64,000 bases of DNA from Nanobdellota archaeon (GCA_038044985.1 JBBSYY010000012.1:5973-69972), one strand, 5' to 3'. Positions 9,792 through 18,788 are shown, counted from the first letter of the stretch. Notes: generated from the letters alone by a model not told the origin. A program made the numbers and translations.

Positions 9792-10130
9792 TTGTATCAT
9801 TCTATGTCAAAAATAGTGAAAGTAAAATTTGTTAGTGATAAATTAGAAAATGAATATATTAATTTGTCAGAGAATGATAGGAGTAAGAAAAAAATAAATT
9901 GGGTTATAGAGAGAATTAAAGAAAATCCAACCTATGACCAGTCTATTGCAAAAAGATTAATTCCAGTAGAATACAAACAACTATGAGTTAATAATGCTTA
10001 TTGGGTTGAATTAAGCAAAGATTCTAGACTTATTTATACTCTAACTTCAGAAGACAAGGTGGAGGTTATAGCAATTATTCTAGAATGGTTCACTAGGCAT
10101 AAAGACTATGAAAAAAGATTTGGTTATTAA
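9792..10130 (+). pseudogene. RelE/ParE-superfamily-like toxin gene interrupted by an in-frame TGA (9984-9986)
   Basis: The same frame continues after the stop as VNNAYWVELSKDSRLIYTLTSEDKVEVIAIILEWFTRHKDYEKRFGY. This looks like the C-terminal half of RelE-like toxins (RLIY..., HK.Y motif). Confidence 0.5.
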
Positions 10131-10988
10131 TTAAAACAAAACCGGCGTAATAAAAACTTCAATTAAAGCAGCAACAAACAATAAGACTATAGCAAAAATT
10201 ATTAAATTTAAAGAATCTTGCAGAATTATCCAAAATTTTTCAGATTTTAAATCGTGTTTTATAACTGCTATACTTATTATTCCTCCTGCCAAAGCCACAG
10301 CAAAATATGATCCTATTTCAGGAATTCCATGAATCATATATCTAACAAGCCCTAGAGGAATATTAGATAAACTGGACTCAGAAAAAATTCCAATGGCAGC
10401 GCTAATAACGCTTGCATTCCAAGCTAAAATAAATATTGCCCCTGCACCAAAAATCAGAGAAAATATTAAAGTAAATATCAAAACATATATATTATTAACA
10501 AAAATATTAACTATTCTTTCTTTAGCTGTTAAAAAAGCAGTTGTTTTTTGAACTCCTAAACCATAGCCGGCAACACAATCATTAAATCTATTTGGTTGAT
10601 TTATTAAACAATAAGTTTCAATCTGCGCCCTAAAATTTTCATTGCCATCTTCAAAAACAATATACCAAAATGAAAATGCAACTAAAAAACCAAAAAATAA
10701 AAACATAAAATAGGTTAATGCTTTTCCATGCTCTTCAATTAATCTTAAAAAACCAGTGCTCTGCAAATCTTTTTCTTCTTCACGCTTTAGTGCAAAATAT
10801 AAAAAAGGGATGCAAAACATAACACAAAAAGTAACTACTAAAATCCCAGAATATTTCGATAACACGGGATCTTCTGAAAACAGCCATTTAACTAAGAATA
10901 AAGAGAGAGTTGCATAAAATGCTCCTACAAAAAACATTTCCCATGGTTTTTTCTCGGCCTTTACAGGATTTATCAGCATTTCAAACAT
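10131..10988 (-). CDS. SpoIIM-like (DUF95) integral membrane protein
   Basis: Multi-TM protein with NN..V and WNASVISAAIG-type motifs characteristic of the stage II sporulation protein M family. Confidence 0.55.
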   Translation of the reverse strand: MFEMLINPVKAEKKPWEMFFVGAFYATLSLFLVKWLFSEDPVLSKYSGILVVTFCVMFCIPFLYFALKREEEKDLQSTGFLRLIEEHGKALTYFMFLFFGFLVAFSFWYIVFEDGNENFRAQIETYCLINQPNRFNDCVAGYGLGVQKTTAFLTAKERIVNIFVNNIYVLIFTLIFSLIFGAGAIFILAWNASVISAAIGIFSESSLSNIPLGLVRYMIHGIPEIGSYFAVALAGGIISIAVIKHDLKSEKFWIILQDSLNLIIFAIVLLFVAALIEVFITPVLF

Positions 10989-11105
10989 TTTTTCTTCACC
11001 ATTTTTCCTAATATCTTAGTTTTAAGAGTTTTTAAATATTCTAGTATTAATTCAACGTATACTTGCTTCCAACAAACTTTTATACCAGCATCATCTTATT
11101 ATTTA

Positions 11106-11921
11106 ATGGACAAAAAGAAGCTTTTGCAATTCAATCAAATCTGCAAAGACATCAAAAATGTTAAAATTCAGGGAGCAAGAAATATAGCAAAAGCAGGACT
11201 TAAAGCTTACTCTTTAATTCCGACAAAAACTTCAAAGAAAAAACTTCTTTTTTTAAGACCAACAGAGCCAATGTTAGAAAAAGCTTTAGTTCTTGCAGAT
11301 AAAATTCCTCATAATAAAATTATAAATCACTTCAATCAGGCTCAAGAAATTATTAATAAACATATTTTTAAACTAATAAAAAATAATGATATAATATTTA
11401 CCCACTGTCATTCAACAAATGTTGTTAATGCTCTAGTTTATTCAAAAAAACATGGAAAAAAATTTGGGGTTTATAATACAGAAACAAGGCCTTTATTACA
11501 AGGAAGAAAAACTGCTAAAGAATTAAGAAAAGCTAAAATAAAAGTATCAATGTTTGTTGATTCTGCGCTAGGAATTGCTCTTGAAGGAAAACAAGGGATT
11601 AAAAAGACCACCAAAGTATTATTGGGGGCAGATGCTTTACTAAAAAAAGGAATTATTAATAAAATAGGTAGTAATGTTATAGCACAAATTGCAAAAAACA
11701 ATAGAATACCTGTTTATATTATTGCAGATTCTTGGAAGTACACAAATAAAAATGTTCCTTTAGAAAACAGAACTTTAAATGAAATATGGAATAAAGCTCC
11801 TAAATTAATTAAAATTCAAAATCCTGCTTTTGATTTTGTCCATAAAAGATATATAAAAAAAATAATAACAGAGCTAGGAGCTTTAAGTTATGATAAGTTT
11901 TTGAGGGGGGTGAAAACTTAA
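11106..11921 (+). CDS. eIF-2B alpha/beta/delta-family protein (ribose-1,5-bisphosphate isomerase-like)
   Basis: ETRPLLQGR, LLGADAL and IPVYIIADSWK motifs match the IF-2B family fold. Confidence 0.6.
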   Translation: MDKKKLLQFNQICKDIKNVKIQGARNIAKAGLKAYSLIPTKTSKKKLLFLRPTEPMLEKALVLADKIPHNKIINHFNQAQEIINKHIFKLIKNNDIIFTHCHSTNVVNALVYSKKHGKKFGVYNTETRPLLQGRKTAKELRKAKIKVSMFVDSALGIALEGKQGIKKTTKVLLGADALLKKGIINKIGSNVIAQIAKNNRIPVYIIADSWKYTNKNVPLENRTLNEIWNKAPKLIKIQNPAFDFVHKRYIKKIITELGALSYDKFLRGVKT

Positions 11922-12084
11922 ACTCTTTTTAAGTTAAAATAATATATTATAGATTACTGCTAGAAATAGTTATTTTGTTCATAGTTTTTCTGAATCAGAA
12001 CTTTTAATAGTTAATTTATAATATTAGTTATTTTTTATTTATAACGATCCCTAGTCTTATTTAGTAAAATCTTTAGAAATCAAT

Positions 12085-12480
12085 CTACTTTTTCTTACTC
12101 TGCTCCTTCTCAATCTCCACAATAAGATTATTAATTTCTTCCTGTAAAACCTCTAATCTTTTCATGATTTCCTGTTTAATCTCTGTTAATTTTTCAGTTT
12201 GATTATTGGCAATTTCTTTAGTTTCAGAAATAGTTTTCTTAACAAAATTTCCTTTGCCAACATCAACAATTAAATTATTATCTTTAATTTCAACTGGCAA
12301 GTAAACTCTTTTGCCCAAATTTGCAAGAATATCCTTGTTTTTATTGTTTTCAATTTCATTTAAACTTGATATTAATTCTCCAAATTCCCTAATATTTTCC
12401 TCAATTAACTGCAGCTGTTGATTTAACTGATTGACTTCCTGTTCCATTAACTGAATTTTAATTAGTTGTTCTTGATTCAT
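12085..12480 (-). CDS. pfdA: Prefoldin alpha subunit
   Basis: Coiled-coil N- and C-termini flank a double beta-hairpin core (ILANLGKRVYLPVEI...VDVGKGNFVKK). Confidence 0.7.
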   Translation of the reverse strand: MNQEQLIKIQLMEQEVNQLNQQLQLIEENIREFGELISSLNEIENNKNKDILANLGKRVYLPVEIKDNNLIVDVGKGNFVKKTISETKEIANNQTEKLTEIKQEIMKRLEVLQEEINNLIVEIEKEQSKKK

Positions 12481-12520
12481 TGAGGAAGATAAATAAATAT
12501 GCTTTTAAATCTTTCTTACC

Positions 12521-12901
12521 CTACTCCGGTTTTACATTGCAATAATTAATATATCCTATACTTATTATAAGAACTCCAATAGAGTTTATTAAAATGTCTT
12601 TAAATGAAGAATATCTTCCTGGAACAAAATACTGATGTATCTCATCAGAAATTCCATAGATTATTGCCAAGACTACTCCCAAAATTAATAAACTCTTTGA
12701 TTTCTTTCCTTTAGTTATAGAAATTAATAAAAATAGAGCTAGATATGAGAATACCGTAAAATGATAAATATAACTAAGATAACCGGTTCCTCCGCCCGCA
12801 GGAAAAGTTAAAGAGGATATATAAAAAATTAGAACAGCTATAATTACTGTTACTAGCCATGAAATACCCCTATTTTTTTCAAACCATCTAACTATGTACA
12901 T
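12521..12901 (-). CDS. VanZ-like membrane protein
   Basis: SDEIHQYFVPGR...DILINSIGV motif; 4 TM segments. Confidence 0.7.
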   Translation of the reverse strand: MYIVRWFEKNRGISWLVTVIIAVLIFYISSLTFPAGGGTGYLSYIYHFTVFSYLALFLLISITKGKKSKSLLILGVVLAIIYGISDEIHQYFVPGRYSSFKDILINSIGVLIISIGYINYCNVKPE

Positions 12902-12982
12902 GTTTTATTATAATAAAATGAAATTTAAAGATTGTTGTAGTTAAAAATATCGTTAAGAATTGCTACTAGTCAATAATCTAAA

Positions 12983-13387
12983 TTACTGCAACCCAAAAAC
13001 CTTGCTTAAAAAAATACTAAAAATTATGCTTGTTATTATATACCACCATATCCAACTTCCAGATAAACTCGTTGTTGAATAAATATCCAAAAGCCATTTA
13101 AAAAGAATTAGTAAAGGAATTAACGTAATAATCATTGGCTTGAAAGATTCTTTCATCTGTTCAGGAAAATCCTCTAGCATTTTTTTATTTAGTTCTAACA
13201 TTTTCTTAGGATTATTTTTAAAATTTTTCATTTCTTCACGAAGTTTTTTCTGTCTTTCTCTAATTTCCCGCATTTTATCTCTGTCAGTCATAAAATATCT
13301 TACTATTGTAACTAATAAAGTAGCAATAAAAGAAATAATAATAATTGAAGTTTTCGGATTAGTTTGAATTAGTTCTGTTAGTGGCAT
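12983..13387 (-). CDS. DUF106 / EMC3-YidC-like membrane insertase homologue
   Basis: TM1, then a charged coiled coil (REIRERQKKLREEMK), then two further TM segments. It sits in the conserved archaeal position downstream of secY. Confidence 0.6.
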   Translation of the reverse strand: MPLTELIQTNPKTSIIIISFIATLLVTIVRYFMTDRDKMREIRERQKKLREEMKNFKNNPKKMLELNKKMLEDFPEQMKESFKPMIITLIPLLILFKWLLDIYSTTSLSGSWIWWYIITSIIFSIFLSKVFGLQ

Positions 13388-13655
13388 TTTTATGTTTTTA
13401 GCTTTTACTCCTTTTTTTATTTATCTTTTCTTACTTAATGTTATTTATTCTAAGGATTTATTAATAATTAGTTTAATTACCTCTTTATTATGTTTATTAT
13501 ATTATTTATAATCAAAACTGGTTTTTAAAACTTTATAATCACCATAAAACTAATAAATACAAAACTTCTAAATTATTACGATAATCTATAAAGGATATTA
13601 TTTATTTAGAAAAGCCCAAAGCAAAATAATAAAGGCGCACATTAGAATTAGTGGA

Positions 13656-13910
13656 ATGCTTTGCGCTTTTGGCGAGAGCTACATCATTCAAGTAAAAAAA
13701 GATGACGCCTTAGAAGAACAAATTAAAACAATACTTCATGAACTAGCTCATCTTAGTTTAGAAGGCAAAAATCTTGATGAAATAGATTCTGAATTAAACA
13801 AAAGTCTTATTCTTGGCAGATTATCCTTAGAACAAAAAAAGTTAATAGTAAAAATTGAAGAGGATATTGAAAAAAGTCAGGAAGTTTTTATGAAAGAAAT
13901 CTGCCTTTAG
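13656..13910 (+). CDS. Hypothetical 84-aa protein with an HELAH (HExxH) motif
   Basis: ORF only. ILHELAHLSL is a minimal metallopeptidase-like motif. The in-frame upstream region closes with a stop at 13569-13571, so there is no longer alternative. Confidence 0.3.
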   Translation: MLCAFGESYIIQVKKDDALEEQIKTILHELAHLSLEGKNLDEIDSELNKSLILGRLSLEQKKLIVKIEEDIEKSQEVFMKEICL

Positions 13911-13971
13911 TAAACTATATTAGAAAAAAATTATTATCAAATTATAATAAATCCTTTAATCTTTAATTTTT

Positions 13972-15336
13972 CTAAACCCCCATCATTTTTTTCATGGCAG
14001 GATTCATGTCAAGAGCATGTTGTTGTGCTATGTTCTGGTAGAACTGAAAGGTAATCATAATTCCTAATAATAAAGCTGTTCCTCCAACCAAAGCTCCTAA
14101 AACATCTGCAAGAGCAGCAAGCAATCCAATAGCAAGTCCTCCCATAATAGTTAAAGGTGTAACATATCTTGATAAAATTGATTCTAAAATTCTTTGGTCT
14201 TTTCTAAACCCGGGAATTTGTAGTCCTGATTTTAAAATATTATTTGCTTGTGCAGAAGCGTCCATTCCAGCAGTTTTAACCCAAAATACTGAGAATAATG
14301 CCGCAAAAAACATATAGAAAGCAATATGCCCAAAAGTCTGCCATAATAGATTAATTTCCCAACTTCCAGTAATTATTCTTCCAACTATATCTGTTGAACT
14401 TATCCAAAATAAAAAACCGCTTACAGGCTGTCCATTAACAACACTTCCCAAAAAAGTCGGTCTTCCAAGCCAATTTTGTAGCAAACCACCAAATAATTGA
14501 ATGTTAGCAATTAAAGCACCTGTTAAGATTATAGGAATTACCGATGCATAAAAAAACTGCAGGGGCCACTTAAGACTATATCCTCTTAATCTGTCATAAC
14601 TTAAAGGAATCTCAATTTTCAAACTTTGAGCCCAGACAACAACTAAAAACAAAATAATAGTTACAGCAATTGCAGAAAAAGCTAGCATTGCTCCTTGACT
14701 ATCTGCATTCATTAAACTAACTATCAAAGCTATAACTTTTCCAGAAGGTTGGAAATTACCTTCAGGACCTAAAAAACCAAAACTAGCTGCAATTAACTGC
14801 CAACCAACTCCTGCTGCGATAAATAAGCTAACTCCTGATCCAAATCCCCATTTTTGACAGACTTCATCCATAAACAAAATAGCTAGTCCTCCTAAAACTA
14901 ACTGAAAAATAACTATATAAGTAAAACCAGGAGCAGCCCTAATTCCTCCCATTGAAACATAAATAATAGATTCAAATAATATAAAGAAAAAAACTAGTAA
15001 TTTCTGTAATCCTTGAAAAAATCTTTTTCCTTCTACACTAGAAAGATCAATATTAAGAATCTGGCTTCCAACTAATAATTGCAAAATAATACTAGCCATA
15101 ACAATAGGTCCAATTCCAAGCGAGATAATTGATCCAAAACTTGCTCCAAGAATTACTGCAAAAAATTTAAACTGTTCTAAAAATCCCGGGTCTGCTCCAT
15201 AAAGAAAAATATTAGACATAAGAAAAAATGCGGCTAAAATAATAAGAGTCCATTTTAGCTTAGTATTAAAACTTAGTTTCTTTTCAATTGGCCCTTTTAC
15301 TTCAGGAAGATTTTTTAAAATATTTTTAAATTCCAT
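13972..15336 (-). CDS. secY: Preprotein translocase subunit SecY
   Basis: 10-TM SecY/Sec61alpha pattern at the canonical position after rpl15. Confidence 0.92.
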   Translation of the reverse strand: MEFKNILKNLPEVKGPIEKKLSFNTKLKWTLIILAAFFLMSNIFLYGADPGFLEQFKFFAVILGASFGSIISLGIGPIVMASIILQLLVGSQILNIDLSSVEGKRFFQGLQKLLVFFFILFESIIYVSMGGIRAAPGFTYIVIFQLVLGGLAILFMDEVCQKWGFGSGVSLFIAAGVGWQLIAASFGFLGPEGNFQPSGKVIALIVSLMNADSQGAMLAFSAIAVTIILFLVVVWAQSLKIEIPLSYDRLRGYSLKWPLQFFYASVIPIILTGALIANIQLFGGLLQNWLGRPTFLGSVVNGQPVSGFLFWISSTDIVGRIITGSWEINLLWQTFGHIAFYMFFAALFSVFWVKTAGMDASAQANNILKSGLQIPGFRKDQRILESILSRYVTPLTIMGGLAIGLLAALADVLGALVGGTALLLGIMITFQFYQNIAQQHALDMNPAMKKMMGV

Positions 15337-15423
15337 TTTTATTTTTCAATTATTTCCGTCTTTTGCTATACATTAAAAGCCTTCACTTTTAACTACTTAT
15401 TTAAATTATTTAATATTTAATTC

Positions 15424-15876
15424 TTATTTACTAATAGTTTTGCTGGTTTTCCTTAAAATCTCGACTTCTCCGCCAATTTTTTTAATCTTTTCTCTAGCCC
15501 TCTCACTGACATCTAAAACTCTTATTTTAATTTTTTTGTTTATTTCTCCATCTCCTAAAACTTTATATTCTTTTAAATCCAGCCAACCATCTTTCTCAAA
15601 TTTTTTTAAAGAATCAAAATTTTTTTCAATGTCTCTTAAATTAATCACTTTATTTTTTTTCTTAAATGTACTCTTGCTTGTTATTCCCTGTTTTCCAAAA
15701 TACTTATTTCCATAAAGTTTTATAACCAAAGTTTTTTTTTGGTCAGCTCTTTTTCCTGTTCCTGCCATGCCCTTTCCGCCCTTATGTCCACTGCCCTTCC
15801 ATTTTTTTCTAGAACCATGTCCATGAGTACTTCCGCCTCTGAATCTTCTAGATCTTCTTTTTTTCTTAGTTTTCAT
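15424..15876 (-). CDS. rpl15: 50S ribosomal protein uL15
   Basis: Gly/Lys/Arg-rich N-terminus (RFRGGSTHGHGSRKKWKGSGHKGGKG); canonical position. Confidence 0.9.
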   Translation of the reverse strand: MKTKKKRRSRRFRGGSTHGHGSRKKWKGSGHKGGKGMAGTGKRADQKKTLVIKLYGNKYFGKQGITSKSTFKKKNKVINLRDIEKNFDSLKKFEKDGWLDLKEYKVLGDGEINKKIKIRVLDVSERAREKIKKIGGEVEILRKTSKTISK

Positions 15877-15954
15877 TTTTTATCTTGCTTCATTAAAAAA
15901 TGAAGATTAAAAATTTTTAATTTTTTTATTTTTATTACCATAATTTAGCTTCTT

Positions 15955-16200
15955 CTAATTTTTGTTTATATAGTTCATATTTATCGCCAGGATATATAAA
16001 ATCAAAACCTTTATTATATATCTCACACATTTTCCTATTAATAGCATCGATACAATATCTAAAACTCCAATCATCTTAAAATTTAAATCCTTTTTTATAG
16101 TTACTATTTCATTATTAGAAACACTAATTATTAGACTATCTAAAAGAAATATTTTACCCTCTGCTAAATCTTCAAATCTAAAGTTTATTTTTTTAACCAT
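15955..16200 (-). CDS. Operon-embedded orphan ORF O10, apparently frameshifted
   Basis: ATG at 16198-16200, with one base between it and the rpl30 stop codon. Shares the FEDLAEG motif with O5. The distal part reads as odd hydrophobic sequence, whereas the adjacent frame gives DDWSFRYCIDAINRKMCEIYNKGFDFIYPGDKYELYKQKLEEAKLW down to 15935. Confidence 0.5.
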   Translation of the reverse strand: MVKKINFRFEDLAEGKIFLLDSLIISVSNNEIVTIKKDLNFKMIGVLDIVSMLLIGKCVRYIIKVLILYILAINMNYINKN

Positions 16201-16201
16201 C

Positions 16202-16669
16202 TCACAACATCCTCTCAATAAGTTTATTTATATCTTTTCCGTTATTTCCCAATACCCCTTTAGGATAAACCAGTTTACTTTTTATTCCTTTTCTAGGAGG
16301 ATGAAGCCTAAAAAAAGGCTTTAATTCAAAATCAGAAAGTTTTTTTCCTTTGATTAGATTATCAGCAACCTCTTCGACATTAATTTTTATTTTATTTTTA
16401 TCGCCTTCGACAGATTTTGCCCTTTCTTTAATTAATTTAACTAGAATATTCTTATCAATCTCGCCATAAGCGATATAAAACTTTACCTTTTTCAACATTC
16501 CTTCATTATTTTTATTTCTAGTAATTAAGATACAAGCATATTTTCTTCTTAATCTCAATCTATCTAAAGTTCCAGCAATATCTTTTTTTACATCAACCAT
16601 TCCAGAAATTCTAATTACTGCTAATAACTTATTCTCTGAAAGTAATTTTTCTTTTTTTGTATCTGCCAT
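16202..16669 (-). CDS. rpl30: 50S ribosomal protein uL30
   Basis: LAVIRISGMVDVKKDIAGTLDRLRLRRK motif typical of archaeal L30/L7e. Confidence 0.9.
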   Translation of the reverse strand: MADTKKEKLLSENKLLAVIRISGMVDVKKDIAGTLDRLRLRRKYACILITRNKNNEGMLKKVKFYIAYGEIDKNILVKLIKERAKSVEGDKNKIKINVEEVADNLIKGKKLSDFELKPFFRLHPPRKGIKSKLVYPKGVLGNNGKDINKLIERML

Positions 16670-16886
16670 TTTTTTAGTAACGTAAGCCCCTATTTCTTGC
16701 TTGCTGTTGCTATCTTCTAGTTCTTTATTAATTATTTTTTGTTCTCAATTAGATTTTATTTTTTTTATTAATACCTGCTAACTCAACTTGAGAGCTATAG
16801 CTACTCATTACTCTATTATTTTCATTAAGTTTAATATTACTAATATCATCATTCATTTTTTCTATTTTTATTTTTTAGATATGGGA

Positions 16887-17186
16887 TTAAGCTAATTCAA
16901 TGCTTTCATCAGAAAATCCAAGTTTTACCAGAACTTTTTTAACGTTCACTGAATGTTTTCCTTGGAGTTCAATAGCATTTCTTTTAACTGTCCCGCCACA
17001 AGCTAGTTTGTGTTTAAGCTCTTTTGCCAGAGACTTCAAATCAACTCCCTGAAAACCTAAGATGACTGTTATAATTTTCCCAAATTTCTTGATTTCTGTT
17101 TTTATCTGTATTCGCTGTTCTGTTTTTGCAATTTCTTGGCAAACACAAGCTTGCAAAGGCAATCCACATTTAGGACATATACTCAT
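16887..17186 (-). CDS. Translation initiation factor aSUI1 (eIF1 homologue)
   Basis: N-terminal CPKCGLP..CVC zinc knuckle plus a SUI1 domain (KLACGGTVKRNAIELQG). Confidence 0.85.
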   Translation of the reverse strand: MSICPKCGLPLQACVCQEIAKTEQRIQIKTEIKKFGKIITVILGFQGVDLKSLAKELKHKLACGGTVKRNAIELQGKHSVNVKKVLVKLGFSDESIELA

Positions 17187-17414
17187 TTGTTTATTTTTTT
17201 GTTTTTATCCTCAATAGATTTATTTAATAGTTTTAACTTATTTAAAGATTTTTTTGATTTTAAATTTTTGTTGTGTTTCGTTTTGCGCTTTTTATTGAGC
17301 AAAATGAAATGCTCAAAAATCTTTCGATTTTGTTGTGCTTCATTTTACAATTCTAGCTTGCTTAAGGCTTTCAAAACCTTCATAAAATTTATTTTTGTTT
17401 AGTTTTATTTATGT

Positions 17415-17649
17415 CAAGATTCTAGAAAACCACGCACTTTAGTGCGTGGGAATCTTGAGCACCTCAAGAATTCTGACAATTGAATTCTTGATGGTCATCA
17501 GGAATTTTATTCCTGAGACAAGAAAATTTCTTACAAAGGAAATTTTCTGTACAGAAAATTCCAAACAACAAAAGGAATTTTCTTGCATCCAAAAGTCCTA
17601 AACAAACCTCGGCTTTTAAGCCGAGGTAAAACTCAAGGACTTTTTGATT
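17415..17649. other. Array of at least 7 consecutive perfect stem-loops inside the r-protein operon (between rpl29 and SUI1)
   Basis: Stems verified by hand. They are 17415-22/17450-57 (enclosing ccacgcac-ttta-gtgcgtgg), 17453-59/17463-69, 17465-73/17482-90, 17498-505/17509-16, 17521-30/17539-48, 17553-62/17574-83 and 17591-99/17636-44 (enclosing cctcggctt-tt-aagccgagg). Confidence 0.85.
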
Positions 17650-17822
17650 TTATTAAATGTTAGCAATCTTGCAATTGTTTTTTTTAATTCTCTAATTTTT
17701 GTTTTTCCACCTTTAGTCAACTTAACTCTTTCTCTGATTAATTCATTTTTTAATTCTTTAATTTTTTCTTTTATTTCATTTACAGCCATTTTTGAAATAT
17801 CTTTTGATTTTAATATTGCCAT
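17616..17822 (-). CDS. rpl29: 50S ribosomal protein uL29
   Basis: 68 aa with the helical L29 pattern (KELKNELIRERVKLTKGG). The stop codon (17616-17618) lies in the loop of the GC-rich hairpin. Confidence 0.85.
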   Translation of the reverse strand: MAILKSKDISKMAVNEIKEKIKELKNELIRERVKLTKGGKTKIRELKKTIARLLTFNKIKKSLSFTSA

Positions 17823-18006
17823 CTTGTTAAGTTTTGGTTTACTTAAAGATTCAGAAAATTTTTCATGTTAAAATTTTCTGCGCTCAAAAATCTTTTGATT
17901 TTTGTTGTTTTTAAAACCATCTATAAATTTTAGTTTTAGGTAATCAAAGATTTTTAATCTTTTAGTCTTTATCACCATATTTAATAATTTTTATTTAATA
18001 AATTTA

Positions 18007-18786
18007 TCATTCTTTTGATTTTATATCAATAATTTCTTGAGGAGCTTCTTTAATATCTTTTTCCATCGGCTTTTTTATATCCTTATTTTTCACTTTTTCT
18101 TTTTTCTCTTCAGTTTCTTTGATTTTTTCTTCAACTTTTTTTTCGGGTTTTTCTTTTTTTTCCTGAATGCTTTCTTTGATTTTTTCTTTTACCAATTCAT
18201 TAATCTCAATTTTATCATAAATTCTAGCCCATGGGGGCATAATAGCAACTTTCACTCCAATAACTCCGCTTTTTGTTAGTGCTGTTGATTGCGCTCTATC
18301 AACTTCTTTTCTTGAATCTCCAGCTTTCTTTAAATAACCTTCTGAAAATCTCCATGATTTAGCTCTATCACTAGGCAGTTTTCCGCTTAATCTTATTTCA
18401 CAACCTAAAACTCCGGCAGCCATTATTTCTTGCAATTTTTTATAAGCAATTACTTTAAACTTCAAATTACCAGTTCTTTCTAAAGCAAGTGCGATCTCAT
18501 CGGCAACTGTTTGTGCGTCAAACAAAGGATCTTTAATTTCTTTTATTTCAATGTGTGGGTTTTCTAGTTTAAATCTTTTTTTTAAAATTTCTGTTAAATC
18601 TTCAATTTTCCCTCCCCCCCTACCTATAACTAAACCAGGTTTACTAGTAGAAATAATTATTTTCTCTCCGACTGGCGTATACTCAATGTTCAATTTACTA
18701 ATTTTTCCTCTTCCTAGATCCCTTTTAATATATTCTTTAATTCCAAACTCTTCTTTCTTCAGTTTTATAAATTTTTGTTCTTCCAT
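18007..18786 (-). CDS. rps3: 30S ribosomal protein uS3 with a Lys/Glu-rich C-terminal tail
   Basis: KH domain (GLVIGRGGGKIEDL) plus S3 C-terminal domain, then about 60 aa of KE-rich tail. It is in a non-canonical position, after rps5. Confidence 0.9.
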   Translation of the reverse strand: MEEQKFIKLKKEEFGIKEYIKRDLGRGKISKLNIEYTPVGEKIIISTSKPGLVIGRGGGKIEDLTEILKKRFKLENPHIEIKEIKDPLFDAQTVADEIALALERTGNLKFKVIAYKKLQEIMAAGVLGCEIRLSGKLPSDRAKSWRFSEGYLKKAGDSRKEVDRAQSTALTKSGVIGVKVAIMPPWARIYDKIEINELVKEKIKESIQEKKEKPEKKVEEKIKETEEKKEKVKNKDIKKPMEKDIKEAPQEIIDIKSKE

Positions 18787-18788
18787 TT

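Noticed and set aside
9984-9986. Possible TGA recoding (TGA read as Gly or Trp), suggested by the in-frame TGA in the RelE-like gene
   Set aside because: TGA clearly terminates well-supported genes in this window, at ends consistent with their families. Examples are aglB at 5884-5886, the AglH-like gene at 4740-4742, rpl30 at 16202-16204, rps3 at 18007-18009 and rpl3 at 31115-31117. A nonsense mutation is the simpler explanation.
17461-17520. C/D-box sRNA within the hairpin array (TGATGG ... CTGA)
   Set aside because: The C box is imperfect (TGATGG, not TGATGA). No matching C'/D' pair or terminal stem in the proper arrangement was found, so the hairpin interpretation fits better.
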